UHGV virus genome: UHGV-0212866
Direction: 5' to 3' (one strand)
DNA length: 55,313 nucleotides
Origin: a virus
The translations under genes and the position numbers were made by a program. The notes beneath the pieces are model-generated. The model was not told the origin of the DNA and ran no database searches. It saw only the letters and a program-made list of their open reading frames with translations. Of the stretch, positions 16,176-26,519 are shown piece by piece. Every line of letters begins with the position of its first letter. Position 1 is the stretch's first letter.

Positions 16176-17351
16176 TTAGCTTTTCCCCAAAAGAGACTGT
16201 ACATAACTGTACACCGCTCCGCTCGTGATAAGATTATCGCTGTTCTGTGTCACCGTTGTATCGATGCCGAGCGCGTCCGTATCTTCTACGCCGTCAACCT
16301 CTCCCATGACGGACAATCCCTTGTTAAACTGCGCTTCCGTGCCCGTAAATCCGCCGTCCTGCGCAGCGGCGTATGCGGATTTGCCGTCAGTACCGTTGGT
16401 GCCTGCCGTGCCTGTTGCACCAACCGCACCTCTGATATTTGCGATAACTTCCCAACCTGCACCGTTATACTGCGATACATCGCCGAGTTGGAAGCCGTCT
16501 TTATGCGCTGTGCTCCCCGTGTACAGCCATAAGTCGTTGTTTTTCGCCCCCGTCGGGTAATCTATGCCCTCGTACCACATTGTTCCATCGGTGCCATTGG
16601 TACCGTCAGTGCCATTCGCACCGCGCGAGGGTTTGCCTGTATCTGTATTTCCGAGATACCAGTTGCCGTTTGCGCCGATTGTCGGCGTTATACCGTCCGT
16701 ACCGTCTGCACCATCAGTGCCGTCTTTACCGTTTGTGCCATTCGTACCGTTCATGACATTAAAGGCGTGCGCTCCGTCCTTGTCGGTGATGGTCACCTTT
16801 GTTCCGCCTGTGATAGCCTGTGTTGCTACCGTCGGTGATACACCATCTGTACCATTCTTACCATCCGTGCCGTTAGTTCCGTCCTTGCCGTCTTTGCCGT
16901 CGGTCACAGTTGCGGTTGTCGTGCCCGATTTGTCCGTGATGGTTATCACCGCGCCGTCGGCTGTTTGCTCAACTTTTGCCGTCGGGCTGAAGCCGCCATC
17001 ATCGCCCTTTTCCGCTATAAGCTGCCAAGAGGAAGATGTAGCGGGGTTTTTATTGTAGTTTTCCTCGTTTGCTATGTAGCTCGAGCCGTCGAGCGTTACA
17101 ATGGCGAGATACGGATATGTTGTTGTGCTGTTCCATTCGCCCATCGGCACAGGGCTTGTGGACAGTTTCATCCAGTATGATTCCCATCCGACAGTAACAC
17201 CGGGTTCGATGATTCCCGTAACGGTGCCATAGGCGATAAAAGAAACGCCGTTATGTGTGACAATATTAAGCTTGTTGTATGTCACTGTGCTGTCCCAGTC
17301 GCCCTTTACTACGGGAGAAACAATACCGATTTGCGTTGTTTGTGCTTGCAT
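16176..17351 (-). CDS. Collagen-like tail fibre
   Basis: G-X-Y repeats, GITPTIGANGNWYLG, GKSAY motifs. Confidence 0.85.
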   Translation of the reverse strand: MQAQTTQIGIVSPVVKGDWDSTVTYNKLNIVTHNGVSFIAYGTVTGIIEPGVTVGWESYWMKLSTSPVPMGEWNSTTTYPYLAIVTLDGSSYIANEENYNKNPATSSSWQLIAEKGDDGGFSPTAKVEQTADGAVITITDKSGTTTATVTDGKDGKDGTNGTDGKNGTDGVSPTVATQAITGGTKVTITDKDGAHAFNVMNGTNGTNGKDGTDGADGTDGITPTIGANGNWYLGNTDTGKPSRGANGTDGTNGTDGTMWYEGIDYPTGAKNNDLWLYTGSTAHKDGFQLGDVSQYNGAGWEVIANIRGAVGATGTAGTNGTDGKSAYAAAQDGGFTGTEAQFNKGLSVMGEVDGVEDTDALGIDTTVTQNSDNLITSGAVYSYVQSLLGKS

Positions 17352-17369
17352 AAAAATTACCTCCTGATT

Positions 17370-17660
17370 TTATATTTTATCCCAGACTATGGCGTTTCGC
17401 CATGAGCCATAGATTTTTGCAACCCATACCGCAGAGCCGACTGCGGCATCCGATACGGTAGATTTATACGGCAAGAAAAGCTCCGTCGCATCGCCTACGA
17501 GCTTCACACCCATTTCCGAGCCGCCCACCGCCGCCGTCATTGTCACGGTGGCTTTGTAAAGCCGCAGGCAATCCCTTGTTTCTTCTCTGCATATTTCCCG
17601 CGCTATATTTTCTATAGCCGTGCGGATGTCTCTGCTGTCTTTCAGATTGTTTTTCATCAT
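17370..17660 (-). CDS. Small tail/baseplate protein
   Basis: Position in the tail module. OB-like beta pattern. Confidence 0.55.
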   Translation of the reverse strand: MMKNNLKDSRDIRTAIENIAREICREETRDCLRLYKATVTMTAAVGGSEMGVKLVGDATELFLPYKSTVSDAAVGSAVWVAKIYGSWRNAIVWDKI

Positions 17661-18970
17661 TTGCCTCCTGTAAAATCCGTCGAAGCCGTGACGGAAATCT
17701 GCGGATAGTCATTTACACTCACTGCGTTTATACTCATCGCGCCCGTTTCGCCGAGCGGCAGTGTAAATCCCTGTATCAGGTGCCTTTCCACGGGATGCCC
17801 TGCTTTGTCCTCGCGTCTGACGGAAATAAGCCTGTTTTCGTGCAGGTGGAATATCTGGTCGGTTTCAAGCGTTACCGTCTTTTGCAGTACCGATTTCCGC
17901 TTGAGATAGTATTTTGCGAGTGCTACGCACTGGTCAGCGTTCCAGTATTCTGCTTTATCCTCGCGGTATAATTTCCTGCCGACAATACCTATGTTTGTAT
18001 CGCTTTTCGGGTCACGGTTTGTGGCTCTGCCATAGACGGCATGCCCGGTAGCACCCTCGCCCGCAACAATGACATCGTTTTTGACATCAGCGTTCGCCCA
18101 TGTTTCGGAGATTGAGGAAAGCATGTTCTCGTTTGTCGAAAAATCCCATAATACGGGCTTCGCAGAATCGTCAACATCATCCTGCGAGGGTTCAATGCGG
18201 AGCGCACCCGTTGCGTCATATCCGATAAGCCCCGCGATGCAATCGTTGAGGGCAAGAATAATCTGTGCGAAGCTCGAGCCACCGCTTTCGGAAATTGTAA
18301 ACGGTACTTCCGTCATCTGAACATTCTCCGATACACTACCGTCGCCCCTTGCGGCAAGATATGTTTTGCCGTTATAGTAGCTTGTAAAAACAGGCGTGAT
18401 GGGGTCTATCATCCATTCCACCGGAACATCTTGCGAAGCATAGCTGTATTTTGATAGGCGGAGTATCGAGGCAATCGCATTGAATATGTTCGTGCCGATA
18501 TTAACCTGATATGTATTCTCGAGCGTTCCGAGCAAAGAGCCATCGAGATATGCCCATTTGTCGACAAGCTCAAAACTCATGGTGTTTGTGTCATGAGTGA
18601 GAGACGCAGTAGGATTTTTAAGATAGAAAGTGCCTTGCGGTAGATAAAATTCCGTTCCATCGTCGAGAATAATGCCTTTTGAAAGCCTCACGCGCCTTCC
18701 GAACCAAATGTTGTTTACATTGTAGTCAAAAGCACCGTCAATATTCGATAAAACAATATTCGCGCTTCTTCTCGTTCCGTTTTGCAGTGAGACATTCAGG
18801 CTGCCGTCCTGCAAAAATGCCCTGCTGTCGTATTTTCCTCTCACGGGTCGCCTTGAATTTCCGTCAAGGAAAAACGCCACGGAATCATCGGGCTGAAGAA
18901 ATTCAAGACGAGTGATTTTTCTTGCGCCTTTTTTGAGAGTTTGCAAATACTCGTTATATCTGTTTCTCAT
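17657..18970 (-). CDS. Tail hub/Tal-like protein (DUF5048-like)
   Basis: GSLNVSLQNGTRRS..., VKNDVIVAG. Position in the tail module. Confidence 0.65.
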   Translation of the reverse strand: MRNRYNEYLQTLKKGARKITRLEFLQPDDSVAFFLDGNSRRPVRGKYDSRAFLQDGSLNVSLQNGTRRSANIVLSNIDGAFDYNVNNIWFGRRVRLSKGIILDDGTEFYLPQGTFYLKNPTASLTHDTNTMSFELVDKWAYLDGSLLGTLENTYQVNIGTNIFNAIASILRLSKYSYASQDVPVEWMIDPITPVFTSYYNGKTYLAARGDGSVSENVQMTEVPFTISESGGSSFAQIILALNDCIAGLIGYDATGALRIEPSQDDVDDSAKPVLWDFSTNENMLSSISETWANADVKNDVIVAGEGATGHAVYGRATNRDPKSDTNIGIVGRKLYREDKAEYWNADQCVALAKYYLKRKSVLQKTVTLETDQIFHLHENRLISVRREDKAGHPVERHLIQGFTLPLGETGAMSINAVSVNDYPQISVTASTDFTGGK

Positions 18971-20676
18971 AGTATGCCAGCCTCCATCGCTGTAAGTGTG
19001 CCGTCATCGTTGGATATGGTAAAGAACGCAGGAGATACATCATCTGGTGTTGTTGCTTTAAGAACGCCACCGTTGCCGTTAAAAGGTTCTCCGTTCGACA
19101 TATCGTCAATGCCGAAAGTCGTGCCTTTATAGTCAGCCGGATACATAAATTCAAGCTGTCCTGTTTCCATATCCGCATCAGCCATTACTTGTGATACCAT
19201 GTTTGAATTTGACCATGCGGCATCTGCAGGTGTCTGAATGAGGACGGCTTCGCTTGCATCTCCTATTTCCTCCCACGAAATGGAAGCTATGACCTGCTTT
19301 CTTTCGTTTCCCACAGTGATTGTCTGTGTTATAGGCGCGGATATGCCGACCATATATAAATTGCCTTTTGCGTCTTTCAGGAAGAATGTCTTCGCTCCGC
19401 TTGAAATTGCAAAAAGTTTCTCCATCTGTTGCCATGTGTCGCCGTATTCTCCGAAATACATATTGCCGATGAGGGCTTGCAGTGTGCCGCTCCTGCCGAG
19501 TATCGTTGACGGTTGTCTCCTGCGATATGGTGTAAAGTTTGTCATCATATTCGGCGTATTGTTATTGGTGATTTCCGTGTTTTGGATATTATACGCAAAA
19601 ATCCATACATCGCTGACATGCCACACATTACGGTAATTGGCATCTTCCGTTGCCTCCATGAGCATGTAAGAATCGATATTGTGCATTATAGGCTCTGAAT
19701 CTATGGGAGTGCTCATAACATTTCTGTCAGCCGCTATGTAAACATCGTAAATATATGTTTCGTAGTTTCTTGCGCCGAAATCCCGAATTTGAGTAAAAGA
19801 TGCAGGCAATTCATATATCAGTTTTTTTAATGATGAATTCCCGCGCTCACGGCGATATATTCTGCTCGTTCTGGTGGGGTCTGTTGTGTTGTTAAGCCCC
19901 CACGATAGTAAATTAGCGCCGTTTGATAACTGACTGACACGCAATTTCGCGCCCGTAGTGTCCATTTCGTAAGAGACTTCAAACGAATTCATGACACTTC
20001 TCTGAACACCATGTTCTGTCTGCACTGTGAGCCTTACAAAATATGTATTTCCTGCGACCAAGCCCTCAAGTCTATATTGCAAATCTCCTGTGGTCATTTT
20101 GCCCGTATCATCAAGCAGCTCGGAGGGCGTGTAACCGCTTGCCGAAACAGCACCCATGTAAAGCTGCCATCTCACCCACGATATCGCATCCCCCTGCGCC
20201 TGCCCATATCCGCCCGAGATTGTTGTATACGCCTTGTCTACAGTGACAGGTACGGCTATTGCAAGCGACGGTGCCGTGCGTGTGCGGAATACTGCAGGGG
20301 AGTAAAGGTTTACAAAAGGCGTGCTTTGTACCGTGCCCCAATACATGGTTATATTCATTTTGTATTCTGCACCATCGTTCAAGCCCCAATCGCTCCATTT
20401 TACGGGATTGCCCGAGCTGTCGGTAGGCGCATAGGTAAATATTTGCTGTTCACCGTTTGCATTTGTGCCGTATGCAGGACATCCGTCCGTAGCGGTTACA
20501 CCGTGTACCTCCGTGCTTGCCGTGTCGTTCTTGCGTATCAAAATGCGAAAGCCCGTCATCGCGTTCGTGCCGTTTATCTGCCACGATATGACTATAGGGT
20601 CGTTCGCCGCGACGGTTCCGTTGCCCTCACCTGCAAAAAGCGAGGGCGTTATGTTTGTTGCCTGAAATAAAGCCAT
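18967..20676 (-). CDS. Distal tail/minor tail protein with FN3-like domains
   Basis: MALFQATNITP start, GLVAGNTYFVRLTV FN3-like segment. Follows the tape measure gene. Confidence 0.65.
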   Translation of the reverse strand: MALFQATNITPSLFAGEGNGTVAANDPIVISWQINGTNAMTGFRILIRKNDTASTEVHGVTATDGCPAYGTNANGEQQIFTYAPTDSSGNPVKWSDWGLNDGAEYKMNITMYWGTVQSTPFVNLYSPAVFRTRTAPSLAIAVPVTVDKAYTTISGGYGQAQGDAISWVRWQLYMGAVSASGYTPSELLDDTGKMTTGDLQYRLEGLVAGNTYFVRLTVQTEHGVQRSVMNSFEVSYEMDTTGAKLRVSQLSNGANLLSWGLNNTTDPTRTSRIYRRERGNSSLKKLIYELPASFTQIRDFGARNYETYIYDVYIAADRNVMSTPIDSEPIMHNIDSYMLMEATEDANYRNVWHVSDVWIFAYNIQNTEITNNNTPNMMTNFTPYRRRQPSTILGRSGTLQALIGNMYFGEYGDTWQQMEKLFAISSGAKTFFLKDAKGNLYMVGISAPITQTITVGNERKQVIASISWEEIGDASEAVLIQTPADAAWSNSNMVSQVMADADMETGQLEFMYPADYKGTTFGIDDMSNGEPFNGNGGVLKATTPDDVSPAFFTISNDDGTLTAMEAGIL

Positions 20677-20696
20677 ATTTTATTATTCACCTCTCT

Positions 20697-23600
20697 TTAC
20701 CATTCCCTCACAAGGGGCATCTCACGCAGAAGCTCCGATATCGTATAGCGGTCTGCCTTCTCAGAGGAAATCGGCACGCCGTTTATGTATGTATTGCGTG
20801 ACATGTTGCGATTGTCGTTTGCTGTGTGATTTTGCGTTATCACATTGCCGCGAATGGGCATTGTATGCTCGAGCGCACCGTAAAGTATGCCGAGATTACT
20901 GCAAAAGTCCTTGAAAGCGACCGTATTCTGCGGATTTAGTATCTTTTCCGTGATTTCGGGTGGAAGAACCATTTCGTCCCGCTCGGTTGCCTTTATTCCC
21001 CCCAGCCCGTGAAGCACACCGCCGCTGTCGTAAAGCTGATTTACACGATTGTTAGCGTTGCCCATTTGGTTACCGCCGTTTCGACCGCCACCATAACCTT
21101 TTTTGACTTCAAGCGATTCTTCAAACCCGAGAGCCTCCGCTCCCACAGGGACGGTGTATGTACCATCTCCATTGAAACGCACATCGCTCCTTTTGTAATA
21201 CAAGCCGCCGATAGTGTCGTAAATATACGATTCGCCGTTGTATGTTCCGTTCATGTCAGAAAAAGGTATAAATGTTCGCTCGCTACCGTTTATACGGTTC
21301 AGACGGTTGTTTGCCTCTACAGCATCAGGGTCTCCTGCTTCAACTCTGTCACCATATTTTTCCCAGAATGCGCCTGCAATGTCACCCCATGAAGCCGCGC
21401 CCGAAGATATGGTGTTTTTCGTATAGTCGGCATATGTATTGCCTAAGCCTTGTATTCGTGCTATTGCGTCGAGAATCTCGATGACGAACGGAGGTATGCC
21501 CGATGTGCCCATCACATTGTTGTAATAAGCCATCCACTCATTGATTTTGTCGTAGATGTCCTTCATCGGCTTTCCGGCATCAAGCATTCCTTTTATCTCG
21601 GCAATAGCCTTTTGCAGAAGCTCATCGCCGATTTTCTTTTGCACTTCGGCGAGCTTTTCCATAGCTTTTGCTATGTTTTCGGCATTTTTGCGCTCCTGCT
21701 CTGCGAGAGCCTCTATAGCCTTTTGCAGGTTCTTTTGCGCTTTTGCTATGTTTTGAGCGTTCTTTTCTTCCTGTTTGTGCAGAGCCTTTATTGCATCTTC
21801 GATATCTTTTTCGGCTTTCAGAATGTCCTTTTGAGCCTTTTCGACATTCTCACGCGCTTTCTGAACATTTTTCTCATTTGCCTGCCATTCCCAAAGCCCC
21901 GATTGCTCGTTGAAAACACGAACATTGCGCTCGTTTATTGTATCGGCAAGCTCCTTTTGAGCTTTTATAAGGTCAAGTTTCTTTTCTTCGAGATTTTTCT
22001 CTTTTTCGGCTATGGCTTCGCGTTTTTCGGCTATAGCCTCTTCAGCGTCCTTTTGCGCCTGCAAAAGTTCTTCTTCCCGCGCGGCTATGGCTTCTTTCTT
22101 CGCAGCTATAGCTTCCTCTGCCGCCCTTTGAGCTTCAAGCAGATTTGCTTCCGCATCGAGTACCGACTTGCGGTAATTTTCAAATTGGTTGGCTTCCTTT
22201 TGCTTGTCTATCAGCCCTTGCAGAGCATCTTTTATTTGGTTATATTGCTCTTTGAGCTTTTTGGCAGGGTCTTCGGCATTGTCAATTTCCTTGTTGAGAT
22301 TAGCCTGCGCCTCTTTGATATCGTCTACGCTGTCTTTGGTATCCTTATAAGTTCCCATAACTTCGGAGACCTTGTCTTGCGCCTGCTGAAGCCTGTCAAT
22401 ATAATCAAGCAAACTTTCCGCAAGCTCGGCATCGCCATCAAGAATCGCCTGTTTATATCTTGAATAAAGTGTCTGGATATTTTGCTCAAGTTTTTGATAG
22501 TTCCGATAAAGTGTTGCAGCGTCCTTTCCCTCTTCAAAACCGCCCGTCATAACGCCAGAAGCGCTATTCATCTTTACGCCATGTATTTCGCGTGTATCAT
22601 ATGTAATGCGGCTCAATATGCCGAGTTCTTTGAGCACATTAAAAAGCTTTAAGGAGTCAGCATCATATAAGTTGAAATACTTTTTAGAAACATCGTCGTC
22701 CCAAAACGCACCGTCTGTTCTCAAAATTTTTCTGACATCTTTGCTTTTTTCAACTTCTTTTTTTGCCGCTCGCATTGCCAATGTTGCTTTTAGCTCTGCG
22801 TTTGCCAGTTCCTGCTCCGTAAGATTTTTCAGAGCTTTGCTGTATTCCTCCGTGCCCTCCTTAAGGTCTTTGAGCGCGTCCTTTTTGTCTTTGGAAAGCA
22901 GCTTTACAAGCTTTTGCTCTACCTCGTAGTATTCATCGGTTTGCGGTGTCAGCTTTTCATATTGCGTGGCGAGAGCTTTCAGCTCTTGCGTATTGTCGCT
23001 TATGGCATCCCATGCCTCTATAGCTTCAAGGCGTGCTTCGTGCTGTGCCTGCTTATATGCGTTGATAAGTCCGATAACCTGCGATACAGCCATTATGGCA
23101 ACGCCTATCCAGCTGATAGCTGCCTGCAATGCGGCGGCACTTGCGGTAGCGGCATCCATGCCCGTTTTTAAGGCTTTGAAGCCGCTCACAAGATTGCTTA
23201 AGCCCGTAGATATCTTACCACTGAATGTCACAAGCAACAAACCGCCCAGCTTTCCGATTACGCTGGAGAGCCCGCCCGTATATTTTATCAGAGCGAGTAG
23301 CCCGTTTCCGATGTCAAGCAGCGTCTTTTTGAATGCCAAAAATCCCTGCTCATCGTTTGCGAGCTCCTGCCATTTTGCCTTGAAAGTATTCAGCTTTGCG
23401 GTATATGTGTCCATATACTGCTCGTTTTCTTTGAGAGAGTAGCCCTCCGCATCGTTCATGTTGTCGAGCGCGGTCTGAACATCCTCAAAGTTCTTCATCA
23501 GGGCGATAAAGTAGTTTTTGCGATATGTGCCTGCAGTATCATATACGCCCGTCATGCTGTCGTATATCTCGGAAAGCTCTTCGCCGAGAGCTTCTTCCAT

Positions 23601-24803
23601 GCTCTTTCCGTCAGTGCTTTCAAAGTATTCGGCGAGCTTGTCCGCCTGCTCGGCGGAAAGGCTGTTTATCTCTTTTGAGAGCTGTTGCCATACGGAGAGA
23701 ATGGATGCCGCACCTTTTTTGTATTCGCTGACAATATTCTGCATGTCGGCAGATAGCGAAGCAAAAACATTCAGCGAGCTGTCCTTTGTCGTATACGCAA
23801 GCAGAGACTTGACCGCCGTGCCGAGCTGTTGCCCGCTCGCACCTGTTGCACCCGAAAGTGCAGTGATTACGGCAACTGTTTCTTCGAGGCTCATTTTCGC
23901 CTGATTTGCGTAAGAGCCGACTTTTTCAAGCGCGAGAAGCAGTTTCTGCGTCGATACAGGGGCGTTATCAGCCGTTTTGTTGAGTATGTCGATTATGTAT
24001 GTCAGCTCGTCCGCACCCTTGCCAAACTGCGTCATTATGGCGATAAGACCGTTTGAAGCTTCTTCCGCGTCCAGCTCCGCAACATTCAGCGCGAGAAGTG
24101 CCGCTTCCGTTGCCTTTACGGAATCTGACCATGTCATGCCCGAGCGTGCAAAGTTTGTAGCTATATCCGCCGCATTTTCAAAAGTCTGCCCGAAGTTCTG
24201 CGCAAGCTCATAGAGCTTCTTGGAAATTCTGTCGTCGAGGATATCCTCATTCAGCACGCGTTTTATTTCGATAACGCGATTTTCTGTCTCGATAAGTACC
24301 TCGTCTATCGAGCTTATGGCGTCGCGTATGGCGTTCAGCGGTTTCATTACGAGCGTAGCCACGACCTGCCATTTCAGAAATGCCGCCGCGTTGTCAAGCA
24401 AGCTGCTTTTGTTTTTGCTGACCGCCTGCTGATTTTCATCTACAGCTTTTGTCACGGCTCGGATGTTCTTTGCCGCGTTGTTTGCCTTTTCTCCCGTAGC
24501 GTTGAAAGCGTTTGCGAGCGCGTTAAGCTGGGAAGCAAGCTTGCCGTTTATTTCTATTTTCTGCAAGTTTGTAAGCGGTGTTTTTAGCTTTTTTACGCCG
24601 TTTACGAGGTTAGTGGAACCTTTGCTTGCCGCGTCAAAGCTCTTTGCCAGCACATTCAGCTGCGCCGTGAGCCTGCTGTTTATATCTGTTTTCTGCAGAT
24701 TTGCAAGCGGCTCTTGCAGCTTGGATATCGCCGTTTTCAGCTTTGTTATGCTGTCTTGCGCCGATGCACTGTTAAGCTCTACATTTAGTAAAATCTGCGC
24801 CAT
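20697..24803 (-). CDS. Tape measure protein
   Basis: 1368 aa, TP901-type TMP core, long coiled coils, YDSGG..E.VLP C-terminal motif. Confidence 0.92.
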   Translation of the reverse strand: MAQILLNVELNSASAQDSITKLKTAISKLQEPLANLQKTDINSRLTAQLNVLAKSFDAASKGSTNLVNGVKKLKTPLTNLQKIEINGKLASQLNALANAFNATGEKANNAAKNIRAVTKAVDENQQAVSKNKSSLLDNAAAFLKWQVVATLVMKPLNAIRDAISSIDEVLIETENRVIEIKRVLNEDILDDRISKKLYELAQNFGQTFENAADIATNFARSGMTWSDSVKATEAALLALNVAELDAEEASNGLIAIMTQFGKGADELTYIIDILNKTADNAPVSTQKLLLALEKVGSYANQAKMSLEETVAVITALSGATGASGQQLGTAVKSLLAYTTKDSSLNVFASLSADMQNIVSEYKKGAASILSVWQQLSKEINSLSAEQADKLAEYFESTDGKSMEEALGEELSEIYDSMTGVYDTAGTYRKNYFIALMKNFEDVQTALDNMNDAEGYSLKENEQYMDTYTAKLNTFKAKWQELANDEQGFLAFKKTLLDIGNGLLALIKYTGGLSSVIGKLGGLLLVTFSGKISTGLSNLVSGFKALKTGMDAATASAAALQAAISWIGVAIMAVSQVIGLINAYKQAQHEARLEAIEAWDAISDNTQELKALATQYEKLTPQTDEYYEVEQKLVKLLSKDKKDALKDLKEGTEEYSKALKNLTEQELANAELKATLAMRAAKKEVEKSKDVRKILRTDGAFWDDDVSKKYFNLYDADSLKLFNVLKELGILSRITYDTREIHGVKMNSASGVMTGGFEEGKDAATLYRNYQKLEQNIQTLYSRYKQAILDGDAELAESLLDYIDRLQQAQDKVSEVMGTYKDTKDSVDDIKEAQANLNKEIDNAEDPAKKLKEQYNQIKDALQGLIDKQKEANQFENYRKSVLDAEANLLEAQRAAEEAIAAKKEAIAAREEELLQAQKDAEEAIAEKREAIAEKEKNLEEKKLDLIKAQKELADTINERNVRVFNEQSGLWEWQANEKNVQKARENVEKAQKDILKAEKDIEDAIKALHKQEEKNAQNIAKAQKNLQKAIEALAEQERKNAENIAKAMEKLAEVQKKIGDELLQKAIAEIKGMLDAGKPMKDIYDKINEWMAYYNNVMGTSGIPPFVIEILDAIARIQGLGNTYADYTKNTISSGAASWGDIAGAFWEKYGDRVEAGDPDAVEANNRLNRINGSERTFIPFSDMNGTYNGESYIYDTIGGLYYKRSDVRFNGDGTYTVPVGAEALGFEESLEVKKGYGGGRNGGNQMGNANNRVNQLYDSGGVLHGLGGIKATERDEMVLPPEITEKILNPQNTVAFKDFCSNLGILYGALEHTMPIRGNVITQNHTANDNRNMSRNTYINGVPISSEKADRYTISELLREMPLVREW

Positions 24804-24813
24804 TTGCGCCTCC

Positions 24814-25335
24814 TTAGATTTTGTATTCGTCCAGTCCGTCTATGCCCTGCGTGCCGGTCACCGTGTAGCCCTGCGCCGCCATCCCGTTTGCGAATGCGCT
24901 CATTATGCGCCCGTCTTTGAGGTCGTCTATCATGCTGTTCCAGAAGGGACGCGGCGGGATGTTGTCTCCCCAGTTGTAGCCCTCGGCTTTTTGCAGGATA
25001 TAGATGAGATGGTCGCCGAATATCTGATGATTGTACGGCGTATTCTCTCCTTCCGGCTCATAAGAAAAACGCAGGCTGTTTCCTACAATTTCGGATGATA
25101 TATTGTCCTCATCCTCAATCGCCCTTCCGCGCGTGGTATTCCCGTGGCGGCGCGTGTAGTGTTCGGGAGTGTACGCGCCGAATAAATCGCTTTGCAAATA
25201 TTTTTGCAGTGCGTCTCTGATTTCGGTGCTGACATATTCCAGCGCGTATGGAAATTTTGTTTCTATGTCCGCGAGAATATCTCTCAAATCAGCTTCCGCG
25301 CCGATTACGGAAATGCTCAATGTTATCATGTGCAT
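24814..25335 (-). CDS. Tail completion/neck-like protein
   Basis: YTPEHYTR and PPRPF motifs. Start placed after the hairpin. Confidence 0.55.
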   Translation of the reverse strand: MHMITLSISVIGAEADLRDILADIETKFPYALEYVSTEIRDALQKYLQSDLFGAYTPEHYTRRHGNTTRGRAIEDEDNISSEIVGNSLRFSYEPEGENTPYNHQIFGDHLIYILQKAEGYNWGDNIPPRPFWNSMIDDLKDGRIMSAFANGMAAQGYTVTGTQGIDGLDEYKI

Positions 25336-25346
25336 GCCACCTTTTT

Positions 25347-25384
25347 TAAAAAATGTCCCGTCCCGAAAGCCGAGACGGGACATT
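25347..25384 (-). terminator. Intrinsic terminator after the major tail gene
   Basis: Minus strand TGTCCCGTCTCG-GCTTT-CGGGACGGGACA followed by a T tract. Confidence 0.7.
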
Positions 25385-25391
25385 CAGAAAA

Positions 25392-26507
25392 TTACGCAGT
25401 TACCGTTACATTGCAGTATGCAACAAGGTTGCCGCCGGTACTGCGCGTAAGCGTTACCGTGATTTCGGTTGTGCCTGCGGCAACGCCCTTTACAAGCCCG
25501 TTTGTATCAACGGTTGCCGTTGCGGGTGTCTTGGAAACGTATGTCAGGTCGGAATATACCGGCTGTACGGTAGAGCCGTCGGGCATGAAGTACTTTACGG
25601 GTACTCTCTCCGTAGAGCCTTTGGCTACAGTTATGCCCTCGCCGATTATAGCGAGAGCCTCTACGGCGGATGTTGTGCCGCTGCAGGGAACATACACATA
25701 GTAAGCGTAGTTGCTGTCATCGTTACCGCAAGCTGCGCAAGCCATAGCGTTGTCGTCGGGTGCGAGTGCCTGCCATGTGAGCGCGGTTGTGCTGTTGCTT
25801 GTCTGATTGCCGCTTATGCCTGCATCGCCGCCGAATTTTACGCGAGGAACATTGACATAGAGGTAGCCTGCGAGGGGGCTGTTGCTTGTCTCGCCGTTTA
25901 CTTTGGCAAAAATGCCGTACTTGAGCGTGAGAGCGAGGACGGCGGGATTTGCGGAGGTAGGCAGTCCGAGATACTGTGTGGATGCGCTCTGCGTGAAGTA
26001 GAATACATCGTACTGCTTGCCGCTTATGGCGTTGAAACCCGTCACCTGCTTTGTTGTCGGGTCGATGTAGTAGTTTGCGCCCATGTACTTTGCGGCGTTA
26101 TGCTCGCGCAGTGTGCACCAGCATCCCGTGTCTGTTGCTGGCTGTGCATAGTCCTTTACGGGCGTTTGCGTAACGGTGAGAGCCGCGCCTGTTGCGGTGA
26201 CAGTCTCACATACGGGGGTAATGCCGTTGTAGCCCATCGAGCCGCCTGTCTGAAGCTGACGCAGACCAAGAGAAAATGCCTGCGATGTGTAAGAGCCCGA
26301 AAGCCTTGTTGTATCGGGTATGAGGTCTACGAGCTTGTTGAGAAAGCCGCCTTCGACTGCCTGAAGGTTGAATGTGTAGTTGATTGCTCCCTCGGAGGGT
26401 ATGTTGTCGTATGCCACGATATTGCCCGTTGCGGGGTCGCGCACCGTCATTTCCACAAGACCCTTTGCAATGAGATTGGGGTCGCCGAAATTGAAGATTG
26501 TGTTCAT
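25392..26507 (-). CDS. Major tail (tube) protein with C-terminal Ig-like domain
   Basis: ATVDTNGLVKGVAAGTTEITVT Big_2 motif. Position. Confidence 0.75.
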   Translation of the reverse strand: MNTIFNFGDPNLIAKGLVEMTVRDPATGNIVAYDNIPSEGAINYTFNLQAVEGGFLNKLVDLIPDTTRLSGSYTSQAFSLGLRQLQTGGSMGYNGITPVCETVTATGAALTVTQTPVKDYAQPATDTGCWCTLREHNAAKYMGANYYIDPTTKQVTGFNAISGKQYDVFYFTQSASTQYLGLPTSANPAVLALTLKYGIFAKVNGETSNSPLAGYLYVNVPRVKFGGDAGISGNQTSNSTTALTWQALAPDDNAMACAACGNDDSNYAYYVYVPCSGTTSAVEALAIIGEGITVAKGSTERVPVKYFMPDGSTVQPVYSDLTYVSKTPATATVDTNGLVKGVAAGTTEITVTLTRSTGGNLVAYCNVTVTA

Positions 26508-26519
26508 TATTTTTCTCCT

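Noticed and set aside
16390..16900. Nucleotide repeats in the tail fibre gene
   Set aside because: Explained by collagen G-X-Y coding.
15364..17351. Diversity-generating retroelement or invertible tail-fibre shufflon
   Set aside because: No reverse transcriptase, no TR/VR pair, and no inverted alternative C-termini were seen.
21580..22150. Tandem degenerate repeats in the tape measure gene
   Set aside because: Ordinary coiled-coil periodicity of tape measure proteins.
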